From positions 94,182-158,181 of the forward strand of contig JBEPZV010000002.1 of assembly GCA_041640655.1 (NCBI GenBank): a stretch of DNA of 64,000 nucleotides, given 5' to 3'. The notes beneath the pieces are model-generated. The model had not been told where the DNA came from. It saw nothing but the letters and a program-made list of their open reading frames with translations, and did not search any database. How positions within the stretch are numbered: the first letter of the stretch is position 1; the number at the start of each line of letters is the position of its first letter. This document shows positions 42,664-50,710 of the stretch, one piece after another. This stretch comes from a bacterium (GTDB lineage: Bacteria; Acidobacteriota; Blastocatellia; HR10). Made by a program: the position numbers and the translations under genes.

Positions 42664-43102
42664 CGCTTCTTACCTCCCGTGGACTGACAAAGGTTGCGAC
42701 CTTGTCCCGATAAAAGACCCGACATATCAGGCGAGCTTCCCGAGCGTTGACGACAGGGTAGACTTCAAACTGCGGGGCAAAGCGCTTGTCTTCCAGGTTG
42801 ACCAATTGGCTTGTACACTCCACGACCTCCCACTCTCCCGGGACCGGCCTGAGCGCATCAGGCAGATCCCGGCGCTCCGCATCGCTCAGGACCCAGACCC
42901 GATAGAGCCCCTCGGCTGCCTTCTCCCAGCGGATCTCTACCTCGTGGTTGAAGGCACACCCAGCATCCCGGAGTTCCACGCTGTTCGGAAAATCAAGCTG
43001 CGCAAGCTCCCAGCTCAGGAGCACCCGCCCAGATAGCCGCTCGATGAGCTGCACGAGCGCTTCTGCGCCGAGTTCGCCCGCATAGACCCAGCCCCGCATC
43101 AT
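42641..43102 (-). CDS. Small type III-D accessory protein, Csx19/all1473-like by position and size (not verified by sequence)
   Basis: 153 aa. ATGA overlap with the upstream cas7. Occupies the slot that Csx19 holds in the canonical III-D gene order. Confidence 0.4.
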   Translation of the reverse strand: MMRGWVYAGELGAEALVQLIERLSGRVLLSWELAQLDFPNSVELRDAGCAFNHEVEIRWEKAAEGLYRVWVLSDAERRDLPDALRPVPGEWEVVECTSQLVNLEDKRFAPQFEVYPVVNAREARLICRVFYRDKVATFVSPREVRSDAQESER

Positions 43103-43983
43103 ACCGTCTCCAGAATCTGCGTGAGAGATTCCACCGCCTTGTCTGCTACTCTCTTCCAGGCTTCCCGGTCGTAGGTGCGCCGGAGGAAGACTGCAAGGTC
43201 AGTCTCGGCGCTCTCGGGAAGGTCTTCCAGGCGATCGGAAGCCTGAAGGCCGTAGGCCTTGCGTTCTTCCTCACTGACAAAGGCGCCCACGCCCCAGATC
43301 GCATTGGGAGAAAGCCCCGGCTTTTTGGCCAGCTCTACCGTGGCGTTCTCAACGCTCATCGAGACTTCACCAAAGCCCCGGTTCTTGCCAAAGCCCAGTT
43401 TCACAAGCCCGTCGTTGATCGCCTGAAGCGTCAGCGCCAGAAGCCCCAGCTGCCAGACCTCGAAGTTCTCCAGCACCAGCGCGGTCCGGAAGCGCCCCTG
43501 CACCAGCACCTCGATGTCAAAAGGGCCCACGGCTACGGCATTCGTCAGCCGGGAGATCGCCACGCCGTAGCGGGTTTCGGTCTTGACCGCACCCTCGGGG
43601 AAGGCGTCCGTAAAGGAGAGCCGACCCTTCAGGCGGGTATTGCCATAGATTCTGCAGGCGCGGCAGGATTTCTTGTAGACCGTCGCCGGATCTTTTTCAC
43701 TTTCCAATCTACGCCCGCAGTAGTCCGGGTTAGAGGGAAAGGGCTCAGGGCAGGCTCCATCCTCCCTCACGGTCCGCAGCACCTTTTCCGTGAAGCTTCG
43801 GAACGTGCCCTTAAGCGAAGAGCCGGGGATAAAGACTATCTCACCCTCGGACGTCCACGTGCGCACAAACTGCATATCGGGAAGCGAGGGATTGGGCGAA
43901 GCCAGTCCCGACTTGATGAGAAGGGGTGCACGAGGCTCAATCACAAGATCCAGCTTCAGGGCGTTCCAGCGGCGCTTATGCAT
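43099..43983 (-). CDS. cas7: Cas7-family RAMP (Csm3/Cmr4-like), type III
   Basis: 294 aa. IPGSSLKGTFRSFTEKVLR, CRACRIYGNT and G-rich loop KLGFGKNRGFGEV. Confidence 0.85.
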   Translation of the reverse strand: MHKRRWNALKLDLVIEPRAPLLIKSGLASPNPSLPDMQFVRTWTSEGEIVFIPGSSLKGTFRSFTEKVLRTVREDGACPEPFPSNPDYCGRRLESEKDPATVYKKSCRACRIYGNTRLKGRLSFTDAFPEGAVKTETRYGVAISRLTNAVAVGPFDIEVLVQGRFRTALVLENFEVWQLGLLALTLQAINDGLVKLGFGKNRGFGEVSMSVENATVELAKKPGLSPNAIWGVGAFVSEEERKAYGLQASDRLEDLPESAETDLAVFLRRTYDREAWKRVADKAVESLTQILETV

Positions 43984-44875
43984 GGCTTCCTCCCTCCTTC
44001 AGGGCTTGTACAAGTCCCTGCAGAAGCTCCGAATGCGAAACGGCGGGAGGCTGACCCGCACCCGTCAGGTAGTCCAGCAGATTTTCTCTGCCGATTTTCC
44101 GAATGGTGAGTTCAACCAGTTCGCCCCAGCCGGGACCGCGGGTGGTCTTGCCGCCCACGGGCAGTTCGCCCTTACGCATCGCTTCCAGCGCCAGAAGCAG
44201 GAGCCCCACTTCCCACTCCTCGGCGTTTTCCACCACGATGGTAATGCCGAACGCTGCTCCTGCAGGCACAGTCTCGAAGTCGTATTTGATGCCGGATTTC
44301 GCCGAGCCCAGGTCGCGGTCAATTCCCACGCCGTCGCGGATTTCTGTGAGGCGGAGTAGGCTCTCTTGATTGGACAACATAGCATCCCGGAACGAGACCC
44401 GGGATGCCAGCCAGGGCGAACCAAAAATCCGACAGGCAGTGCAGGAGTGCTGCCAGACCTGTTGCACGAGCTTTTCATCGTCCAACTGGTTATTCTGCGT
44501 TGCACGTTGGACCATACAGTTTTTGCACCTGCCGCAATCGGAACAGCAACTTCCTTTGCAGTCCTCACAGTGCTCACAGCATTTGGCGATGATGCAGCGA
44601 TTCTTCTCATCCAGCGGGTCGCACGCCCAGAGCCGTTCGCCCTGGTGGGTCTGCTTGAGTTCGTCCATCGTGCGCAGGAGCCGCTCTACGTGCGCGCGCA
44701 CCGCGCCCTTGAGGGAGGAACCCGGGATGAAGGGAACGCCTTCCGGGGTCTTGATGACGGGAAGGTCGGAGCCAGCGGGCATGAGCGATGCGCGGGCGCC
44801 CACGGAAAGGGCGGTCTTCATCCGCAGGGTTGCGGTAATGAGCCAACGGTTTTCGAAGTGCCAGAAGGAATGCAT
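43976..44875 (-). CDS. cas7: Cas7-family RAMP (Csm3-like) with Cys-rich insertion
   Basis: 299 aa. AGSDLPVIKTPEGVPFIPGSSLKGAVRAHVERLLR, CTACRIFGSP and VGGKTTRGPGWGEL. Residues 85-120 contain 11 Cys. Confidence 0.85.
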   Translation of the reverse strand: MHSFWHFENRWLITATLRMKTALSVGARASLMPAGSDLPVIKTPEGVPFIPGSSLKGAVRAHVERLLRTMDELKQTHQGERLWACDPLDEKNRCIIAKCCEHCEDCKGSCCSDCGRCKNCMVQRATQNNQLDDEKLVQQVWQHSCTACRIFGSPWLASRVSFRDAMLSNQESLLRLTEIRDGVGIDRDLGSAKSGIKYDFETVPAGAAFGITIVVENAEEWEVGLLLLALEAMRKGELPVGGKTTRGPGWGELVELTIRKIGRENLLDYLTGAGQPPAVSHSELLQGLVQALKEGGSHA

Positions 44876-44878
44876 GCT

Positions 44879-45715
44879 CTATCCCTCCCTCTGCTTTTCT
44901 AGCCACACGGCAACTTCTCGGGTAAAGGTGGAGAACTGTTCCGGGGCCTGCTGGAGGGCTTCGAGCACATGCCGAAGATCAATCTGCACGTATTCGTGCA
45001 CAAGCACGTTCCGAAACCCTCCCGCTCCGCGCAAAGAAGCATACAGGGATTGGGAGATCACACCCACCGAGCACAGCTCTCGCAAAAGCGCCTCGTACGT
45101 TTCCGGCTTCCTTCGGAAGTGCTCGGCGAGGATGTGGTCGGCAAGCTGGAAAATCAGCGTTAATCCCGCCAGGAGCCCTCGTTCCACTGTCCAGCGGAGG
45201 CTCAGATTGGTCTCTAGCTCCAGCAGGGTTACGGTTCGATATTTCGCCAGCTCCGCACTGACCTTCTGGAGCTCCTCCAGCGCTGCGGCGATGAAGGTGC
45301 GGTTCAGTCCCATGGCTTCCTCCTTTTTCCGATGCGTCCGGAGACCTTCCTCCCGGAGAAGTGCTCGCGTAGCGGCTTCCCAGCGCATTCGTTCGCCCGA
45401 CTCTCGCTCGTAGAGGCAGATTCCCGTGCGCATGATCTGCTCCCGCAGCCAGAGGGGCGCCTGGGGAAGCTCCACCAGGTCCAGTCGGTCGGTGCCGAGC
45501 GCTTCGGAAAGCTCTGCATAGAACGGCTGGAAGCGAAAGTCTGGGGCAGGCAAGAGCGCCAGGTCCACATCTTCTGCCTCCTCCGGCATACGGGCTGCCG
45601 AGCCGAACAGGTAGACAAGCCGCACCGGGTGACGGGCGAAGAGGGCATCGAGCTCCGAAAGCCGGAAACCTCTTCTCAAGGATGGCAGATGCGCGTATTT
45701 CTCTCGCACTCCCAT
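44879..45715 (-). CDS. Fused minimal nucleotidyltransferase (MNT/MntA-like) and HEPN (DUF86/HepT-like) protein
   Basis: 278-aa single ORF. N-terminal half has LVYLFGSAARMPEEAEDVDLALL (GS...DxD nucleotidyltransferase motif). C-terminal half has GGFRNVLVHEYVQID (R-x4-H HEPN motif). An internal ATG at 45313 is preceded by AAGGAGG. Confidence 0.8.
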   Translation of the reverse strand: MGVREKYAHLPSLRRGFRLSELDALFARHPVRLVYLFGSAARMPEEAEDVDLALLPAPDFRFQPFYAELSEALGTDRLDLVELPQAPLWLREQIMRTGICLYERESGERMRWEAATRALLREEGLRTHRKKEEAMGLNRTFIAAALEELQKVSAELAKYRTVTLLELETNLSLRWTVERGLLAGLTLIFQLADHILAEHFRRKPETYEALLRELCSVGVISQSLYASLRGAGGFRNVLVHEYVQIDLRHVLEALQQAPEQFSTFTREVAVWLEKQREG

Positions 45716-45720
45716 GCCAC

Positions 45721-46098
45721 TCAGCTCTTCCGCTCCGCTACGAACTTCCGCACCAGAAAACCCAGATAGAGGCGGATCAGCTCCATACGCACCCGGCGGA
45801 GCAGTTCAGGATTCCGTTGTGCAATCTGCTCCGCCCTCCGACTTAGCTCTCGCATATCCTCCAGAATCTGGCGCCCCACCTCAGCAGGGAGCTTTCTCCG
45901 CCCCATCTGGTAGCCGATGAAGTTTTCCAGCGCCAACACGGAATCGGTAGCCGAGGCCAGATTTTGAAGGTTGCGCAGTTGGGATTCCTCAAGGTCTAGG
46001 CTCGCTGCACGGGTTCTTGTAATGCAGGACTCCGCCTTCTGCACGATGTCGTCGAGGCTGTGTTCAATCTGCTGCAAAACCTTTGCTTCGGTGCTCAT
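45721..46098 (-). CDS. cas11: Type III small subunit (Cas11/Csm2-like)
   Basis: 125 aa, all-helical and charged. ATGA overlap with the csx10-like gene. Canonical III-D position. Confidence 0.6.
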   Translation of the reverse strand: MSTEAKVLQQIEHSLDDIVQKAESCITRTRAASLDLEESQLRNLQNLASATDSVLALENFIGYQMGRRKLPAEVGRQILEDMRELSRRAEQIAQRNPELLRRVRMELIRLYLGFLVRKFVAERKS

Positions 46099-47294
46099 AC
46101 CGGCATCACCTCCATGTGGAACGGATGGCAGATGAGGATTTCGCCCAGCCCTTCGTCGGTACGGATTCCCACACCTCGGGCTTCACGGTCTTCGAGAAAC
46201 GGCAAAAGCGCCTGCGGGGAGGCGTCCACCCGGAACACATACACACTCCCCATCGCCGCACCCAGATGGGTGGGCTTAGGCAGCCCCCAGGCCGTGGAGA
46301 AGCCTCCCACGAAGGTCGGCTGCGTCGCCCAAAAGACGGGCTCCAGTATCTGCCCGTTGAAGGGCAGAAAGAGCTTCAGTGTAGGCAGACCGTCCGGATC
46401 ACGAAGAACGGCGGGCACCAGCAGGTCCACGCTGAAGTAGGTTCCAGATGGCGCATCTGGCACGGAACTGCCCACCTGCCGGGCAAGTGCGGCAAGGTCG
46501 CGCCAGACCTCGCGGAGCTTGTCATTGAAGATCCTGAGGCGCTCTGCAATCGGGTCCACGCGGGGTTCGGTTTCCCGCAGACGGGCGGCGCCGAAGCCCC
46601 GCGTGGTCAGGGCGCCAACGCCTGCCTCTTCCACCGCCTGCTTGAGTTCTTCGATGACCGTTTCGTCCTCGGTCCAGATCCTCCCCACGAAACACCCCTG
46701 CGGTTGCATCCCGATCAACCGATAGAGCATTCCTTCCTGCGCGGCACGGCGGTGACGGCTGAGCGCTACCTTCGTTTGCACACCTTGAGACATAGGGACT
46801 TTCATCCACCCCTCAGGCAAGCTTGCATAAAATCCACCGACCTTCTCCATCCGTCCGCCGCAGCGCTTATCCTCCGCCATCTGCGCCGTACAGCGAAGGA
46901 GCAGCGGAACAGGGAAGCGAGCCCCCAAACGTTTCAACTCTGAGTATGCCACAGCAACGAGGAGACTATCACGGATACCATGTCCTACGTCCTTCCGCCT
47001 CTCTCGGAGAACGTTACGAAAGCCACCGTGAAGCTTACACTCCAGGGCTGTCATCGGAAATGGCAAAGCGTACACGCTTTCTGAAGGCGTTGGAAAGAAA
47101 TTACCAAACCGAATTTGTTGCACGGCAGGCAGAATTTCATTTGTGTTTCCCTGCAGTTTAAGCCACTCCGCCAACGCCCCCCGGAGCACGCTGCCAGGGA
47201 TATAACCTCGCGTGCCAAGGTAGTCGCCTTTGGGCTTCACATCGCCCGTAAGAATCGGTTCTTCAGGAATCACTACAATGAAATACTCCCTCAT
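46095..47294 (-). CDS. csx10: Csx10-like RAMP (Cas5-group subunit of type III-D)
   Basis: 399 aa. YIPGSVLRGALAEWL and G-rich loops GALTTRGFGAARL and GVGIRTDEGLGEILI. Follows cas10-cas7 as in III-D loci. Confidence 0.6.
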   Translation of the reverse strand: MREYFIVVIPEEPILTGDVKPKGDYLGTRGYIPGSVLRGALAEWLKLQGNTNEILPAVQQIRFGNFFPTPSESVYALPFPMTALECKLHGGFRNVLRERRKDVGHGIRDSLLVAVAYSELKRLGARFPVPLLLRCTAQMAEDKRCGGRMEKVGGFYASLPEGWMKVPMSQGVQTKVALSRHRRAAQEGMLYRLIGMQPQGCFVGRIWTEDETVIEELKQAVEEAGVGALTTRGFGAARLRETEPRVDPIAERLRIFNDKLREVWRDLAALARQVGSSVPDAPSGTYFSVDLLVPAVLRDPDGLPTLKLFLPFNGQILEPVFWATQPTFVGGFSTAWGLPKPTHLGAAMGSVYVFRVDASPQALLPFLEDREARGVGIRTDEGLGEILICHPFHMEVMPV

Positions 47295-47941
47295 GATGCA
47301 GCCCCATCAGGTCGTTCAACAAATGCCCTGACCTTGTGAGCGAGGTCATCCTTAGAGATATTCTGTCCGTTCACGCTTGCTTGAAAGTCTTCCAACTCTA
47401 CCCAGCCTAGACCTCGGGAGCGTGCCGCGCCAATAGCATAGCCCATATTGGCTCCCAGCCAAAGGAGCGCCGCCGCTGCTCTGGCTTCGCTCTCAGAATC
47501 GAAAATTCCCTGAACCTTGCCCTCCAATGTCGGATACCATGCCACCTCTGTGGAGAACAATCGCTCTTCATAAGCGGTCTTGCGACGCCGGCTCAAAGAA
47601 ACACTCATCTTCACATCCCGCAAAGCACCCTGAAACTTAGCATCGTGGAACCGGAGAGGCGACCTATCCCGCGGGTGTCCGAAGACCTCGCACACGGGAC
47701 AGAGCCCACAGATGGTGGATACTGTAGAAGCGTCGCATACACGCACACCGAGACCCCGCAAGGCGCGTTCTGCTCCCTCTCGCAGCCAACCTTTGAGCGT
47801 GGTGGCGGGGATGACAGGATGCTTGCCGTCATGCCAATCCAGCACCAGCGCCTTGTCGGTCCACAACTTTGCTCGCTCGCCGGTCACATGTACGCCCGAC
47901 GCGAACCGGAAGCGAAGAAGAACTTCAAGCCGACTCCTCAT
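47291..47941 (-). CDS. cas7: Cas7-family RAMP (Csm3-like), type III
   Basis: 216 aa from the ATG at 47941 (ATGA overlap with the cas10 stop). IPATTLKGWLREGAERAL, CPVCEVFGHP and GAARSRGLGWVEL. Confidence 0.8.
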   Translation of the reverse strand: MRSRLEVLLRFRFASGVHVTGERAKLWTDKALVLDWHDGKHPVIPATTLKGWLREGAERALRGLGVRVCDASTVSTICGLCPVCEVFGHPRDRSPLRFHDAKFQGALRDVKMSVSLSRRRKTAYEERLFSTEVAWYPTLEGKVQGIFDSESEARAAAALLWLGANMGYAIGAARSRGLGWVELEDFQASVNGQNISKDDLAHKVRAFVERPDGAAS

Positions 47942-49671
47942 AGACGAACCTCCAAGACGGGATACTTGTGTGCCTCCAGCTCGATTAGTTCCAGCACATC
48001 CAGAAGAGCCGTCTGCCAGCCGCCAGCATTTCTCCGCCAAAACCAGAATCCCTCAGGAGCTGGTGTTCCACCGTCCACTAACTCCCCTAACTCCTCATAA
48101 GCAGCTCGCAGGTCCTCTTTATGCTCTTTGGAGCGCGCCACCTGATACAACGCATAATTGAGAGACACATGGACGCCCTTTTCCAACGATTCGGCCAAGG
48201 TTCTACGCTGAGCGGCTGGGCTATGGGATAACTTCCTCGCCAGCGCTGACAGTCGCTCTGCTTGTGCTACCGTATAAGGGCGAGCGGTCAGATGGCGCGC
48301 AGCCTCGTCACGCGCATATAGAGCCTTCAGTATAACCTTCGCCTCTTCGGATATAACCGGCGCTCGCAACCACAGATGGCAGAGCGTTCCGGTTCGTTTC
48401 TCTCGCGCCAATCTCTTCGCTTCCTTGAGCAACCCTTCCGCCAGATCGAACAGAAAGCGAATGGGATATTTCACATCGGCGATCGCCAAACCAGCGGACG
48501 TGGTCAGACGAGTTCCTCTGCCGCCAAATGCAGCTTGGAGTTTTTGAATCTCAGTATGGCTCTCAAACCCCCTGAGCAGATTCACCGCCAACGCCCAACC
48601 AGCACTTGCGGGCACGATGACCACGACATCATCTCCTCCGAGGGCGATGATCTCAAACGGCAGCGTGTTCCGTGCGAGCCGCTCTGATCCGAACGTTTCC
48701 CACAGGGCCGCAAAGAGCGCCTCCTCCGTCGCTGTGCTCAAAGCTGTTGAAATATCGCGGTACTCCTGCAACGATTTCGCTCGTTGCAGCAGATCGCCCA
48801 TGTTATTTCCGTCGGCGTAGAGCAGGGCAATTCTTCCTTCTCCGGCTGCCAGGGCATCCAAATCTTGTGGGGTTTTCCCAATGATTTCCACACCTTTTTT
48901 CTCCCGCACCCACTTGCGGAATCTCAGCAAAAACTCTCGTTTCCCCCCTCGGCCTTTCCGGCGCTTCATCGAACACAAGCCGCAGAGCCACTCTGCTGGT
49001 TCTCGCGCCTCATCACGCTCCTCTGCCGCCCGTTTCCCGCACGATTGGCACCGCTGGTGAATGGGCAAAGTTTCGTAGAAAGGCGCGCGTTCTTTCCGGC
49101 GCTTTGCCTCCTGAAGCTTCCCCGTGAGTTGAGCAACGAGTTCACCGAAGTTCTTTCGATCCGCGCGGTTCGTGACGATCGCATCAAAATGGCTAAAGAG
49201 CAAATCTTGGGCAATCCCGCGCCCCTGGAGTTGGTTGAGGGTTCGCTCATCATGAGGAAAGATGCCTCGCTCCAAATCAGCACGATCCATCGGATCCGAT
49301 GCGACGACAGTGATGGTTGCAGTTTTCGTGCGTTCAAGGTAAAGCCGTTCGATTTCCCGCTTCAACCTGTCCGCCTCACCCGCGGGCACTACGGCAAGGA
49401 AACCGCCACCTCCACAATAAATCAGATCCTTCTCTGGAGCATTTTGTGGGAAAAGCTCGCGAATCTCTTCTTCCAGCTCCGTTAAGATTTCGCTCCCGCC
49501 ACGGATCTCCGGCAAAGCGCTTGTCTCATACACGAACGTCTTGATCGCGTCCACGTCGCCGAGCAGGAGGCGAACAGGCGTAACTTCTTTGCCATTTTCA
49601 GTTTGTGCGCTCAATTTATTCTCCTCGTCTCCACATCGCGCGTTTCGTTCGCGGGGATCAAAGTGTGCCAA
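47938..49671 (-). CDS. cas10: Cas10 large subunit without HD domain (type III-D style), cyclase GGDD intact
   Basis: Two Palm-like modules (LLLGDVDAIKTFVYETS...YCGGGGFLAVVP; IALLYADGNNMGDLL...IIALGGDDVVVIVPA) and a Zn ribbon (CQSCGKRAAE...CGLCSMKR). No H..HD N-terminal domain. The start is uncertain: the TTG at 49614 has GAGGAG 6 nt upstream and may be the real start. Confidence 0.85.
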   Translation of the reverse strand: MAHFDPRERNARCGDEENKLSAQTENGKEVTPVRLLLGDVDAIKTFVYETSALPEIRGGSEILTELEEEIRELFPQNAPEKDLIYCGGGGFLAVVPAGEADRLKREIERLYLERTKTATITVVASDPMDRADLERGIFPHDERTLNQLQGRGIAQDLLFSHFDAIVTNRADRKNFGELVAQLTGKLQEAKRRKERAPFYETLPIHQRCQSCGKRAAEERDEAREPAEWLCGLCSMKRRKGRGGKREFLLRFRKWVREKKGVEIIGKTPQDLDALAAGEGRIALLYADGNNMGDLLQRAKSLQEYRDISTALSTATEEALFAALWETFGSERLARNTLPFEIIALGGDDVVVIVPASAGWALAVNLLRGFESHTEIQKLQAAFGGRGTRLTTSAGLAIADVKYPIRFLFDLAEGLLKEAKRLAREKRTGTLCHLWLRAPVISEEAKVILKALYARDEAARHLTARPYTVAQAERLSALARKLSHSPAAQRRTLAESLEKGVHVSLNYALYQVARSKEHKEDLRAAYEELGELVDGGTPAPEGFWFWRRNAGGWQTALLDVLELIELEAHKYPVLEVRL

Positions 49672-49958
49672 TAATATACCACGAAGCTAAGCAAAGAGTA
49701 ATAAGACCAGAGATCCCTCACCTTTAGAAAGCCGGAGCTTCGGTAGAGCCATCGCTCAGGGAGCCCTTGAAAATCAGGGCAGTCCTGAAAGCGCTTGCGC
49801 GTTGAGCACTCGACTTCGCGCCTTTTGGGCTCAAGATGGGGAATTCCTTTTTCCACTGCCAAGACGCAGAGGATCGAGTAGCGCGATTTGACCAATCGCG
49901 CCACTTTAACTGCACGCCAAACCGTATGCTCAATCCACGCATCGCTCAAAAAATACAC
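49611..49958 (-). CDS. Candidate unannotated small ORF (115 aa) with C-terminal hydrophobic/aromatic helix
   Basis: GTG at 49958 with AGGAGG exactly 6 nt upstream (inside the cas5 3-prime end). The stop TGA overlaps the SD-supported TTG start of cas10 (TTGA). Sequence ...RKRFQDCPDFQGLPERWLYRSSGFLKVRDLWSYYSLLSFVVYYWHTLIP... No homology is recognisable by eye. Confidence 0.35.
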   Translation of the reverse strand: MYFLSDAWIEHTVWRAVKVARLVKSRYSILCVLAVEKGIPHLEPKRREVECSTRKRFQDCPDFQGLPERWLYRSSGFLKVRDLWSYYSLLSFVVYYWHTLIPANETRDVETRRIN

Positions 49959-50694
49959 ATTGCACCTCCTTCTTCCTAAGCACGAAGATCGGGATTTTAC
50001 CTCCGGCACATCGCACCTTCAGCGGTTTCGCTTCGCGCGAGAGATAGGCCAGATAGAGATGGCGAAAGCGACGATCCGGGAAGACTTCGTTGGGAACTCG
50101 CTCTTCGCGCAAGATGGCTTCGGACTCGGAAAGATCAATCGCCTTCGCTGTCGCCTCATCGAGAGGGAGGACCGAACAGATATCGGCTTGCTCTACCTCA
50201 ATCAGTTCTGCAACATCTTCTCCTTCCCACTCGATGTCGGCCAAAAAACCCATGATTCCCATGCAAGGCGGATACACCCATCGTTTCTGCTGGAGACGCT
50301 CTCTCAGTTCGTTCATCAGCTGCTCATCCCGATGCCAAAAGACAATCCGATAGTGAGGTCGGCGAATGACCTCCAGGTTCTCCTGAAATGACTCGATCAT
50401 CTTGGCAGGGCGGAATCTCCCTTTATTCAGGATTGGTGGACCTTGGCGCCACTTTTCAGGAAGACGATCCTTCACGATCGATCGCAGCGGACAGACGGCG
50501 ATACGCGTCGCGTCTGCCGGAAAGCGTTCCGCCAGCTTGCTACGTGGGACGCCCAAGATCGCGCCGACCATCCCGATCACGGATGTGCGCGGCGGAAAAC
50601 TATAGGTCAGGGCCGAGGTAGTCGTGAACCACTTGCGCCAGTGCCCAAATGTGCCACGAATGGTGAAAAGATAGACTGGTATCCCATCGCCCAT
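49930..50694 (-). CDS. cas5: Cas5 (type I-B)
   Basis: 254 aa. VYLFTIRGTFGHWRKWFTTTSALTYSFPPRTSVIGMVGAILG is a typical Cas5 N-terminus. Follows cas7. Confidence 0.85.
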   Translation of the reverse strand: MGDGIPVYLFTIRGTFGHWRKWFTTTSALTYSFPPRTSVIGMVGAILGVPRSKLAERFPADATRIAVCPLRSIVKDRLPEKWRQGPPILNKGRFRPAKMIESFQENLEVIRRPHYRIVFWHRDEQLMNELRERLQQKRWVYPPCMGIMGFLADIEWEGEDVAELIEVEQADICSVLPLDEATAKAIDLSESEAILREERVPNEVFPDRRFRHLYLAYLSREAKPLKVRCAGGKIPIFVLRKKEVQCVFFERCVD

Positions 50695-50710
50695 AGTACC
50701 TCCATCACGC

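Noticed and set aside
49724-49942. 72-aa ATG-initiated ORF overlapping the cas5 stop, in a different frame from the 115-aa candidate
   Set aside because: It is Trp/Ser/Lys-rich with no RBS and is not coupled to cas10. It is mutually exclusive with the better-supported 49611-49958 frame.
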